Virus record (IMG/VR): IMGVR_UViG_3300046170_000409
Length of the DNA stretch: 64,000 nt
Direction: 5' to 3' (one strand)
From: an uncultured virus (IMG/VR IMGVR_UViG_3300046170_000409)
Lineage: Duplodnaviria > Heunggongvirae > Uroviricota > Caudoviricetes
Positions 10,231 to 18,691 of this stretch are shown here, piece after piece (the stretch's first letter is position 1; the number at the start of each line of letters is the position of its first letter). The position numbers were made by a program, and so were the translations under genes. Under the pieces are notes generated by a model. The model did not search any database, had not been told where the DNA came from, and worked only from the letters and a program-made list of their open reading frames with translations.

Positions 10231-11367
10231 TTATGCCGTCCTTATCCAAAGTTCATATGTTGCGTTAGTCTCTGTAGATGCCTGTACAGTTTGCCCTGCG
10301 TAGTCTACGTTTCCTGTATACGTGTCACTGTAGTCATCACTAAAGTTGCCCACGAATGTTTCTGTAAAATTGCCCACAAAATTACCAGCGAAGTTTCCTG
10401 CAAACGCTCTCGTGCTTGTTCTTGTGGAAGTTCTTGTGCTGGTTCTATTTAGAGATGCAGTACCTTCAGAATAGTAAAGTAGGAAATTTCCAGCGAAGTT
10501 TCCTGCATAACTTGTGATACTATCTCTTGTAGAGGTTCTTGTAAAGGTACTTTCAAAATTCCCTACAAAACTTTCTGTATAGTCTCCAATATAGTTACCA
10601 ACAAAACCAACTTCACCAGTGTAGTTCACATCAGCAAGTTCTTGTCTTGTGTCAGTAACAGTAGACATAGATACCCATGTTCCAGGAGTTGGAGCAGAAG
10701 TCTGCACTTTATACTGACCAATACCATTATCAACAATATATTTTCTTAAATATTGAGTTAATGATTGTATTTCAGTATCATTCATTTCTTTCAATGAAAT
10801 TGGAGATGTAGAATTTGATTTCAATGAACGCACAGTTGTGGGAACAGTACCATCTGTTTTTCTCCAAATTTTATACTCAATGTTACCACTTTGTCTTTGG
10901 TCTAACCATTCCATGCCAGTGTCTACCCAAGTACCACCTGAAGGAGTAGTAGTTGAAAGTCTATATGAACCAATATCTCCTGAAACAAGTTGTGTTGCAG
11001 TTTGAGCAACGATTTCAGCATTAATTTCTGCATCAGACATTTCCTTTATACTTTTAGGAGTTGTTGCATTAATTTTTGCTGGTCTTGTTTCGCCAGTAAT
11101 TGAAACTGCAGATAGATCTTGATAAACATCTGTTACAGTCGTGGTCACAGATGTTCCAACAGGATGTGTTCCAATCGCATCTGGTCTAAGTGTATCTGTT
11201 AATTCACCAATTTTTGTTCCTGTTGCAGAAAGATTAATCGTTCCTACGCCAGTATTTGAAGATGCAAAATCAGTCAGAATTTTATAAGATAAATAATCTA
11301 TCTCAGAATCTGACATCTCCTTTAAACTTTTAGGAGTTGTTGCATTTATTTTAAGTGGTCTTGCCAT
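10231..11367 (-). CDS. Late/virion protein with FxGN and TRTS repeats
   Basis: Three N-terminal RPxKINATTPKS(L/I)KEMSDxEI-type repeats; C-terminal [FY]xGN and TRTS tetrapeptides; late promoter upstream. Confidence 0.75.
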   Translation of the reverse strand: MARPLKINATTPKSLKEMSDSEIDYLSYKILTDFASSNTGVGTINLSATGTKIGELTDTLRPDAIGTHPVGTSVTTTVTDVYQDLSAVSITGETRPAKINATTPKSIKEMSDAEINAEIVAQTATQLVSGDIGSYRLSTTTPSGGTWVDTGMEWLDQRQSGNIEYKIWRKTDGTVPTTVRSLKSNSTSPISLKEMNDTEIQSLTQYLRKYIVDNGIGQYKVQTSAPTPGTWVSMSTVTDTRQELADVNYTGEVGFVGNYIGDYTESFVGNFESTFTRTSTRDSITSYAGNFAGNFLLYYSEGTASLNRTSTRTSTRTSTRAFAGNFAGNFVGNFTETFVGNFSDDYSDTYTGNVDYAGQTVQASTETNATYELWIRTA

Positions 11368-11375
11368 ATGTTACC

Positions 11376-11383
11376 TATTTATA
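11376..11383 (-). promoter_or_regulatory. Late promoter TATAAATA
   Basis: Exact motif just upstream of the ATG at 11367. Confidence 0.7.
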
Positions 11384-11388
11384 ATTGT

Positions 11389-12174
11389 TTATGGGAATAC
11401 TTGAGTATTATTAACATCGTATATTTTTGGAAGTAATGACTCTATCCTATCGTTAATTGCTGCAGCAGTCATAATTGCTGTATTACTATCAGAGAATGCA
11501 TCATCACTAGTTAAAAGAGCACTGATGTCTGATAAATCAGTAGAAGAAATTGAGACAGATGTTGCAACTGAAACTGCATTTGATGAGAATGATGCTGAAC
11601 CAGTCACATCACCTGTAAGCGTAACTGTTGAAGTTGAACCAAGTCTACTGTTAACTAATGTTCTTGTGTTTGCAACTGCCATACCACTAGCAATTGTTGC
11701 GTCGTGTGTGGTTCCGTCACCAGTCGTGATTCTAAAGTTACCATTTGCTGTTGTATAAGAAACTGAAGAAACACCAGCAACTGCAGTGTTTGAGATATTC
11801 GTAATTCGTCCGTCTGCTCCAACAGTAACAATAGGAATTAATGAACCAGAACCAAATGTTCCTGTCGGTGTTCCAGATGCTGCAATGTCAGTTGTGATTG
11901 ACACTGCGTTACCACTAAATGCAGTTGCACTTGCAGTAACATCTCCTGTTAAAGCAACTGTTGATGTTGCACCAAGTCTTGAACCAACCAACGTTCTTGT
12001 GTTGGCAGTATCCATCTTCTTACCGATGTCACCAATAACATGTCCACCTGCTGTGGTTCCGTCATGTATTCGTAATTCATCTCTATCTGTATCGACAGAA
12101 AATTCACCAGATGCCCCAGTGAATGAGTCATTCTGTGATGTCGTTCCTCTTCTAAATTGTACTGTTGTTGGCAT
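11389..12174 (-). CDS. Fibre-like virion protein with Mtd-N-type N-terminus
   Basis: MPTTVQFRRGTTSQNDSFTGASGEFSVDTD; LTGDVT beta repeats. Confidence 0.75.
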   Translation of the reverse strand: MPTTVQFRRGTTSQNDSFTGASGEFSVDTDRDELRIHDGTTAGGHVIGDIGKKMDTANTRTLVGSRLGATSTVALTGDVTASATAFSGNAVSITTDIAASGTPTGTFGSGSLIPIVTVGADGRITNISNTAVAGVSSVSYTTANGNFRITTGDGTTHDATIASGMAVANTRTLVNSRLGSTSTVTLTGDVTGSASFSSNAVSVATSVSISSTDLSDISALLTSDDAFSDSNTAIMTAAAINDRIESLLPKIYDVNNTQVFP

Positions 12175-12190
12175 TTTATTCTTTCTCCAA

Positions 12191-12198
12191 TATTTATA
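12191..12198 (-). promoter_or_regulatory. Late promoter TATAAATA
   Basis: Exact motif overlapping the stop of the upstream gene. Confidence 0.65.
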
Positions 12199-12853
12199 AT
12201 GAACCTAAATCTTCGGTTACTGTTCTTCCTGTCGGATCCATAGAATCATATACTGCACCTAATGACACACCAAATGGGTCAGTACCTCCAGAACCTAATT
12301 GTCCCACAAAAGTTTCTGTTCCAGTACCACCAGCGTGCAAATCTCCTTCAGGAAAAGAAGTAAGTGTTCCTCTAGTAAATCCACCACCTTCTGCTTGTTC
12401 TAATGCGACCCAAGTAACTGTTCCTGAACCATCTGTTTGTAAAATCTGTAATGCAGCACCATCTGAATCTGGTAGTGTAAATGTGCTGTTGTTACCAACT
12501 GTGAGAGTTTTTGCTGATAGATCGCCACCAAGTGTGGTATTACCTGTAATAGTTACATTTCTAACATTAAGGTCTTGTCTAAATGTTAAGTTACCAGAAC
12601 CATCTGTTGTTAATATTGTATTGGTTTGACCATCACTTGTGGGAAATGTATATGAATTATTTCCGAAACTAATTGAACCAGTGCCGACTTGTAATGAATT
12701 GACATTAGCACCAACTTCAAACACTTGTGCACCATCAGATGAAAACAGTTTTCCGTCTCTTGTATTAAGAGCAATTTCTCCTGCTTGAAGATCTGAAGTT
12801 GTCGGTGCTTTTCCTTGTACAGAAGAGCGTTTGATTTTTACAATTGATGCCAT
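12194..12853 (-). CDS. Short fibre-like protein with gp34-like N-terminal domain
   Basis: IKRSSVQGKAPTTSDLQAGEIALNTRDGKLF; PxSDG..Q.L.TDGSG repeats. Confidence 0.75.
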   Translation of the reverse strand: MASIVKIKRSSVQGKAPTTSDLQAGEIALNTRDGKLFSSDGAQVFEVGANVNSLQVGTGSISFGNNSYTFPTSDGQTNTILTTDGSGNLTFRQDLNVRNVTITGNTTLGGDLSAKTLTVGNNSTFTLPDSDGAALQILQTDGSGTVTWVALEQAEGGGFTRGTLTSFPEGDLHAGGTGTETFVGQLGSGGTDPFGVSLGAVYDSMDPTGRTVTEDLGSL

Positions 12854-12907
12854 ATATATGGTTCTCTTTTAAAATATAAGGTCTATATAGACCTGTTAAT
12901 TCATTTA

Positions 12908-12943
12908 ATGGGGGGAGAAGTATTTACTCCATTCCCCCCTTTC
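12908..12943. terminator. G6/C6 stem-loop after the fibre gene (terminator or processing hairpin)
   Basis: GGGGGGAGAAGTATTTACTCCATTCCCCCC inverted repeat in the intergenic space. Confidence 0.5.
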
Positions 12944-12952
12944 TTATTTTAT

Positions 12953-14383
12953 TTAGTACGTGCCACCATCGATGACTGCATCGAGTTGAGCAAGTGTGTA
13001 TCCTGTATCAGACACATTAACTGTTGATGTTGGTTCAACGTCAAGTCCAGTATAGAACTTAAATGCCCCATCAGTAGCATCACGGAAGTAACCAGTGTAT
13101 TGTACTGCTGAGTTTCCAGAAACAACATATTTTGCGTATATACCAGTGTCAGTAAGATCTCCTGAGTTATTCGCAGAGAGTTTGAACATACCATCATCAG
13201 TATAAACTGTTGATGTTGATAAGTATGTTGTTGCACCAGTAACAGTTAAGTCACCATCAACTTGTAAGTCTCCACCAACTGAGGTATTACCTGTAACAAC
13301 AAGGTTTTCGCCAACGTTAAGTTGAGCACCAACTGTTACATCATTTGGTAGTCCGATTGTAATGTCTGCAGATTCAGAACCTGAACCAGATACTTCAATC
13401 TCGTTTGCTGTACCAGTAACAGTCTGAATATAATTACCAGTAGTTTTAGTACCAAGTGCAACAGAGTCGTTACCAATCGCATTTGCTGTTATACCACCTG
13501 CAGAAATTTGCGCAGAAGTAATTGTTCCATCAACGATAGCATTTGCTGCAACTGTTTTAGAAGCAAGTTTTGCACCAGTAACTGCTGCATCTGCAAGTTC
13601 TGCAGTATCAACAACACCTGCTGCAAGTGAAGTATTTAATGTTACACTGCCAGTACCATCAAAAGATTGTGCACTTGCTGTTACATCTCCACTTATACTA
13701 AAGTTTCTTGCTGTTCCTAATGCTGTTGCTGTTGCTGCAGTACCAGAAGTATTAGATGAAATATTATCATCAAGAGATACTGAAACAGTAGCAGTTTCTG
13801 AACCAGAACCACTTACAGAAACACCACCACTACCAGAAACAGTAGCAACATAGTTACCTGTAGTTTTTGTGCCAAGAGCGACAGAATCATTTCCGATTGC
13901 GTTCGCTGTAACACCACCTGCTGCAAGTTTAGCAGAAGTAATTGCTGCATCAGCAATTGCTGCAGTGTCAATAGATTTAGCACCATAAGTATTTGCTGTT
14001 AATCCGTTAGAAGCAATTTTTGCTGCAGTGACTGCACCATCTGCAAGTTTAGCAGTTGTTACTCCACCATCTGCAACAGTACCAGTTGAAGTAATCGAAA
14101 CTGAACCATTCGCATCTGAACCAACAGTGATACCTGTGCCACCACGAATCAGAACATTGTTTGTTGATAGTGTACTGTCACCTAATAGTTTTAAGTATAC
14201 ACCCTCTTGTGGACTTCCGTCAGTCGTAAATCGGAAATCTTCACCACCGATCGCTGTAACACCTGCACCATTACCAACGAACAGTTTTCGGTCAAATAAG
14301 TTTACCGCAATCTCACCAGTATTCAGCGATCCTGGAACTGCCGATTGGGTAGAACTCCTTTTTAGTTTAATAATTGATGCCAT
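12953..14383 (-). CDS. Tail fibre-like protein with gp34-like N-terminus
   Basis: IKLKRSS...GEIAVNLFDRKLF; repeated AVTxAKLA; duplicated GxTANAIGNDSVALGTKTTGNY; ends IDGGTY. Confidence 0.8.
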   Translation of the reverse strand: MASIIKLKRSSTQSAVPGSLNTGEIAVNLFDRKLFVGNGAGVTAIGGEDFRFTTDGSPQEGVYLKLLGDSTLSTNNVLIRGGTGITVGSDANGSVSITSTGTVADGGVTTAKLADGAVTAAKIASNGLTANTYGAKSIDTAAIADAAITSAKLAAGGVTANAIGNDSVALGTKTTGNYVATVSGSGGVSVSGSGSETATVSVSLDDNISSNTSGTAATATALGTARNFSISGDVTASAQSFDGTGSVTLNTSLAAGVVDTAELADAAVTGAKLASKTVAANAIVDGTITSAQISAGGITANAIGNDSVALGTKTTGNYIQTVTGTANEIEVSGSGSESADITIGLPNDVTVGAQLNVGENLVVTGNTSVGGDLQVDGDLTVTGATTYLSTSTVYTDDGMFKLSANNSGDLTDTGIYAKYVVSGNSAVQYTGYFRDATDGAFKFYTGLDVEPTSTVNVSDTGYTLAQLDAVIDGGTY

Positions 14384-14405
14384 TACACCATTCTCCTTTG
14401 TTTAG

Positions 14406-14705
14406 TTACCCTTTCGGAACACCACCACGCCTAGTTGGGTTATTGTCTTTTTCTCTATTTATAATAACTTGTTTCGGAACAAATCTCTTATAATATTTTA
14501 AATCATTCTGTAATGTTTGTATTATTGCTTCCATTTGCACTATTTGTTTGACTACACTTTTAGGTAATGGAAGTTTATCTTTTGCTTGTATTTCTGTATT
14601 AAGACTTTGTACTTCTTTTCTCAATAACTTATTTTCATCATTTAATTTAGCAATTTGTTTAACATATACACCAATTATGTCTTCATCATCTATAAAATCA
14701 CTCAT
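14406..14705 (-). CDS. Small coiled-coil hypothetical protein
   Basis: 99-aa ORF with heptad character; internal TATAAATA at 14456-14463 could serve the next gene. Confidence 0.65.
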   Translation of the reverse strand: MSDFIDDEDIIGVYVKQIAKLNDENKLLRKEVQSLNTEIQAKDKLPLPKSVVKQIVQMEAIIQTLQNDLKYYKRFVPKQVIINREKDNNPTRRGGVPKG

Positions 14706-14713
14706 AACATTTT

Positions 14714-15109
14714 TTAGAATGTACCTCCATTTAAATCATCAAAATATGGCGTTCCATTTGCAGCAACTTGAAATAATTGTCCAGAAGTTCCAGAAACACC
14801 CTCTACAACACCACCAGTTTTAGTAATTAATACTGAATCACTAGAAACAGATGATAATGTTAAATTTCCACTAACACTAAAATTTGTATAACTTCTACTA
14901 CCACCAAACACAACACTTTCTAAATTTGCAACTTTGTCGACAATTAATTTGCCTCCAATGTACTCAACTGTTACTGCATCATTTGCAGTATCTGTTTGAC
15001 CTATGAATAGTTTGTTAGAAGAAAATGAGTATGCAATTTCACCATTAGCAAGTGTAGATGGAGCATTGTTGCTCTGTGAACGTTTGATTGCAATAATTGG
15101 TGATGACAT
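14714..15109 (-). CDS. Small fibre-associated protein with gp34-like N-terminus
   Basis: IAIKRSQSNNAPSTLANGEIAYS...KLFIG; ends LNGGTF. Confidence 0.7.
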   Translation of the reverse strand: MSSPIIAIKRSQSNNAPSTLANGEIAYSFSSNKLFIGQTDTANDAVTVEYIGGKLIVDKVANLESVVFGGSRSYTNFSVSGNLTLSSVSSDSVLITKTGGVVEGVSGTSGQLFQVAANGTPYFDDLNGGTF

Positions 15110-15366
15110 CAGAATCCGTCCGATCCACCATCTATTTTAAATGCATCACCCTCGTTATCAAAGGTTAATATATCTCTTTGTACATATGTATCATTTGATG
15201 CATTATACACTAAAATAGATCCGTTTGCTTGAGTTACTGTTGTGTCGACGTCACCAAGAGAGTCTAATCGACTTCCATTTCCAGTTTGATTTTTTAGAGT
15301 TATGTTTTGTGTTGGTGATTTAAATTTTACTTTAAAATTTCCACCATTACCTATAATAACTGCCAT
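15109..15366 (-). CDS. Small virion protein
   Basis: LDSLGDVDT..ANGSILVYN motif typical of fibre-associated proteins. Confidence 0.6.
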   Translation of the reverse strand: MAVIIGNGGNFKVKFKSPTQNITLKNQTGNGSRLDSLGDVDTTVTQANGSILVYNASNDTYVQRDILTFDNEGDAFKIDGGSDGF

Positions 15367-15406
15367 TGGTATTCTCCCAATATTATCCTATAGCACTATT
15401 TAGGAA

Positions 15407-15742
15407 TTATCTAGTTACTTCTGGTGTTATTGTTGCAATACCTTCAACTAATCTAGATCTAGTATTTGCTGAATTAGTAATTTCAACATCGTAAACATAT
15501 CTTCCTGCTTCAAGTGCAGAGGTAACACCTCTTTCAATTGAAATAGTTAATTCACCTGAAGTTCTTGGTGTTCCAAATGAAACAGTAAAATCTGTTGATG
15601 TATTTGATGTATAGTGTTTTCTTAATTGTGCTGAACCAGTGTAACCTGTTAAATTTACTGCATCTCCTGCATCATCTGTTACAGTAAGAGTTGTAGAAAA
15701 ATCTGCTCCTTGGTCAATTACTATATTTGCTTTTGCTGCCAT
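15407..15742 (-). CDS. Conserved virion structural protein of marine T4-like phages
   Basis: NIVIDQGADFS...LTGYTGSAQLRKHY...GRYVYDV...RLVEGIATITPEVTR. Confidence 0.8.
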   Translation of the reverse strand: MAAKANIVIDQGADFSTTLTVTDDAGDAVNLTGYTGSAQLRKHYTSNTSTDFTVSFGTPRTSGELTISIERGVTSALEAGRYVYDVEITNSANTRSRLVEGIATITPEVTR

Positions 15743-15754
15743 ATTATCCTCTTA

Positions 15755-18424
15755 TTATGGGAACACTTGTGTGTTAGAAACATCATATACTTTAATAATT
15801 GATGGTGCAGTATTACTGATTGACACATTCATTTGCACGCCATCTGAACCATCAAATGATACTGCAGGAGCAGTAACATCACCAGTGAGTGAGAAGTTTA
15901 CTGCATTCGCAAAAGCATCAGTAGTGGTTGCAGTTAATGCTACATCAGCAGTGTCTGCATTACCAGTGACATCGCCTGTCAAGTTTCCAGTTACATTTCC
16001 TGTCACGTTTCCTGTCACATTCCCTGTCAAGTTTCCTGTTACATTACCTGTCAAGTTTCCAATAAATGTATTTGCAACAAGATTTCTATCACCTGCTGTC
16101 CAACGACCTTCAGATTCATCCCAAATAAATTCGTAATTTTGTAAAGTGCCACGTTCAATAACAAACCCAGCATCTTCGCTTGGAGTTGAACCACTGTAGT
16201 TTGAGTTAAGAACAACTTTGTTATCAGCGAGATTTAATGTTTCTGCATTAATGGTTGTTGTTGTACCAGAGACTGTTAAGTTACCAGCGACAACTAAGTT
16301 TTCACCAACATTAAGTTGTCCACTTACAGTAACATCATCTGGTAATCCGAAGTATGCATTTGCACCATCACGTATGATTTCAACTTCATTCGCTGTTCCA
16401 GTAACTTGTGTGATTGCTCCACTTGCTCCACCAGCAAGAGAAACATAACCATTTGCTACACTAAATTGTGTTGAGTTGAAAGATGCAACACCTTTTTTAG
16501 ATCCGTCTGTGTTTACAGTTGCATTCTCAGCAATTGCAACGTTTGCAGAGAAGTTGCCACCATCTGCAGTTGATATTACAAATGTGTTATTAGCATCTGT
16601 GTAACTATAACCTGTTACACCTGCAACGCTTGTATTTGAAATTCCAATGACTTGTCCTTGTTTGTTAACACGGATAATTGGCACTTTAGATGCAGAACCA
16701 TGAATAACACCACCTGCTCCTATGTTCATAGTATTTGCAAGCATTGCACTTTGTAATGTGCCATCTGCTACTGCATTGTTGGCATGTATCTTACCATTTT
16801 TACCAACAAGAACTGTTCCATCATTACTAATTGATTCAGAAACATCTAGTGTTCCATTGATATCGGTATTACCAGAAGCAAGTGTTCCAGTAATTGTAGC
16901 ATTTTCATCTACTGTTAAGAAATCTGTTTGTACTGTTCCATCAAAGTATGCATTATTCCATTGTGATGCAGGAGAACCTATGTTAACCGATCCTGTTGGA
17001 ACAATGCTAGTATCAACAACACCAATTACTGATATTGTATCACCAGAAGTATCACCAAGATCTACTGTACCTTCAAGTGTCGTTGCACCTGTAACTGTTA
17101 GTGTTGTATAACTACCAGCAGGAGCAGTAACTGAACCTGAAGCAAAAACTGTATTACCTTGTACTGTTAAGTCACCATTAATTGATACTTCATTATCTAC
17201 TGTAACATTATTTGCAAAATGATTATTTGCATATACATTATGGAATCTTTGAGAATTTGAACCTAAGTCATATTGACCAGTTCCGTCTACTGTGTTTGGA
17301 ACTATATCGGATGCAACATTACCAGACATAACAAAGTCTGAAGCAATTGTTGTTGTATTATTGAATGTTGCTGTACCATTAAACGTTGCTGCACCATTGG
17401 CATTTATAGTTGCTGAAACACCTAGTGTATTAAATACACCTGCTCCACCATTTGTATTATCGCCCCAAATTGTTCCCCACTTACGAGTAGCAGAACCAAG
17501 ATTTCCTGCAGCATCTGTTTTTGGTATCATTGATGTTGATACACCTTGACCAGCAGATGTGCCAAGACTTAACTCATCTATGTTTGCAATACCATCAATA
17601 TAAAGATTTCTCCACTCACGACTTGATGAACCTAAGTCATAACTATCATCTCCAGCAGAGTCTGGTAAAATATTACCACTAGATTGAATACCAGGAACTT
17701 CAATGTCTGCTGTGAAGTTGGTAACACCATCAGATGCCACACTGAACACCTCACTGTTAGATGAGTCACTAACAACAAACTTAGAATCCCCTGCTGTATC
17801 AACAAGTTTTAAATAAACATCAGAATCCCCAATAGTTACATCACTTGCCATAAACAAGTGTGCACGATCTGTACCATTTGTTAATATAAGTGCAGGTGAA
17901 TCATTGTTATCACTAAATGTAGTATTTGCACCAGAAAGGATAATTGGTGCAGAGTTAGTTGATAAATCAGTAATATCTCTTAAAGTTAGAGATTTGTATG
18001 CCATTTGGTCTGTTCCAATTTTTCTTAGAACTTGACCAGCACTACCACCAGTCATTCTTATTCTTGAGATATCGCCAAGAGTAAGACGATCTGTACCAGA
18101 AGTTACGAAATCAACATTTCCTTGGAATATTGTATTCGCTGTAATAGAAACTGCAGTTGCATTAATAAAAGTATTTGATGCGATTATAATCCAATTTGCA
18201 TCATTGGTTGTGTTTCCAGATTTGAGCGTAGTTGCTCTTAATTCATTTGCAGAGAATGTGCCTTTAATATGACCATTACCCTGTGCTGTTCCACCTCTAT
18301 TTGCAGAACCTGCTCTTGAAACTGTTACTACATTATTACTGATAACTGTTGCAGCAAGATTAGTATTTAATCTCCATGTATTAAAGTTATCATTTATATT
18401 TGTGTTTGAAATCGATACTGTCAT
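15755..18424 (-). CDS. Tail fibre protein
   Basis: N-terminal DNFNTWRLNTN; repeated YDLGSxSxxW/F; GNLTGNVT repeats; Gly/Thr/Asn-rich. Confidence 0.8.
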   Translation of the reverse strand: MTVSISNTNINDNFNTWRLNTNLAATVISNNVVTVSRAGSANRGGTAQGNGHIKGTFSANELRATTLKSGNTTNDANWIIIASNTFINATAVSITANTIFQGNVDFVTSGTDRLTLGDISRIRMTGGSAGQVLRKIGTDQMAYKSLTLRDITDLSTNSAPIILSGANTTFSDNNDSPALILTNGTDRAHLFMASDVTIGDSDVYLKLVDTAGDSKFVVSDSSNSEVFSVASDGVTNFTADIEVPGIQSSGNILPDSAGDDSYDLGSSSREWRNLYIDGIANIDELSLGTSAGQGVSTSMIPKTDAAGNLGSATRKWGTIWGDNTNGGAGVFNTLGVSATINANGAATFNGTATFNNTTTIASDFVMSGNVASDIVPNTVDGTGQYDLGSNSQRFHNVYANNHFANNVTVDNEVSINGDLTVQGNTVFASGSVTAPAGSYTTLTVTGATTLEGTVDLGDTSGDTISVIGVVDTSIVPTGSVNIGSPASQWNNAYFDGTVQTDFLTVDENATITGTLASGNTDINGTLDVSESISNDGTVLVGKNGKIHANNAVADGTLQSAMLANTMNIGAGGVIHGSASKVPIIRVNKQGQVIGISNTSVAGVTGYSYTDANNTFVISTADGGNFSANVAIAENATVNTDGSKKGVASFNSTQFSVANGYVSLAGGASGAITQVTGTANEVEIIRDGANAYFGLPDDVTVSGQLNVGENLVVAGNLTVSGTTTTINAETLNLADNKVVLNSNYSGSTPSEDAGFVIERGTLQNYEFIWDESEGRWTAGDRNLVANTFIGNLTGNVTGNLTGNVTGNVTGNVTGNLTGDVTGNADTADVALTATTTDAFANAVNFSLTGDVTAPAVSFDGSDGVQMNVSISNTAPSIIKVYDVSNTQVFP
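15965..16060 (-). repeat. 12-bp tandem repeats encoding (GN[LV]T)n
   Basis: GNLTGNVTGNLTGNVTGNVTGNVTGNLTGDVTGN in the fibre protein. Confidence 0.9.
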
Positions 18425-18427
18425 CTA

Positions 18428-18688
18428 TTACTCTCTTTCTTCTGCTGTATTGTATAAATGTTGCATTAGCATTTTCATTTCTTTCATTTCTTGTTCTAGT
18501 TTATCAACCTTTTCAACTTTTAGCAACATTTCTCTTTCCTTTTCTCTTCTTGTGCGATATCTTGCAAGTGCACTTTTATCAGTATTAAGGATAGCATTTG
18601 TTTTTTTATCTCTCACAAGATTATTATCTTCTTCGATGATTAATCTCACATCCTTTTCATTATCATTTATTTTTAAATTCTTTGCCAT
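18428..18688 (-). CDS. Conserved small coiled-coil protein
   Basis: NLVRDKKTNAILNTD followed by a coiled coil; downstream of the large structural gene. Confidence 0.75.
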   Translation of the reverse strand: MAKNLKINDNEKDVRLIIEEDNNLVRDKKTNAILNTDKSALARYRTRREKEREMLLKVEKVDKLEQEMKEMKMLMQHLYNTAEERE

Positions 18689-18691
18689 ATC

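Noticed and set aside
11389..12174. Mtd-like N-terminus suggesting a diversity-generating retroelement
   Set aside because: No reverse transcriptase and no template/variable repeat pair with adenine-specific mismatches seen in the window
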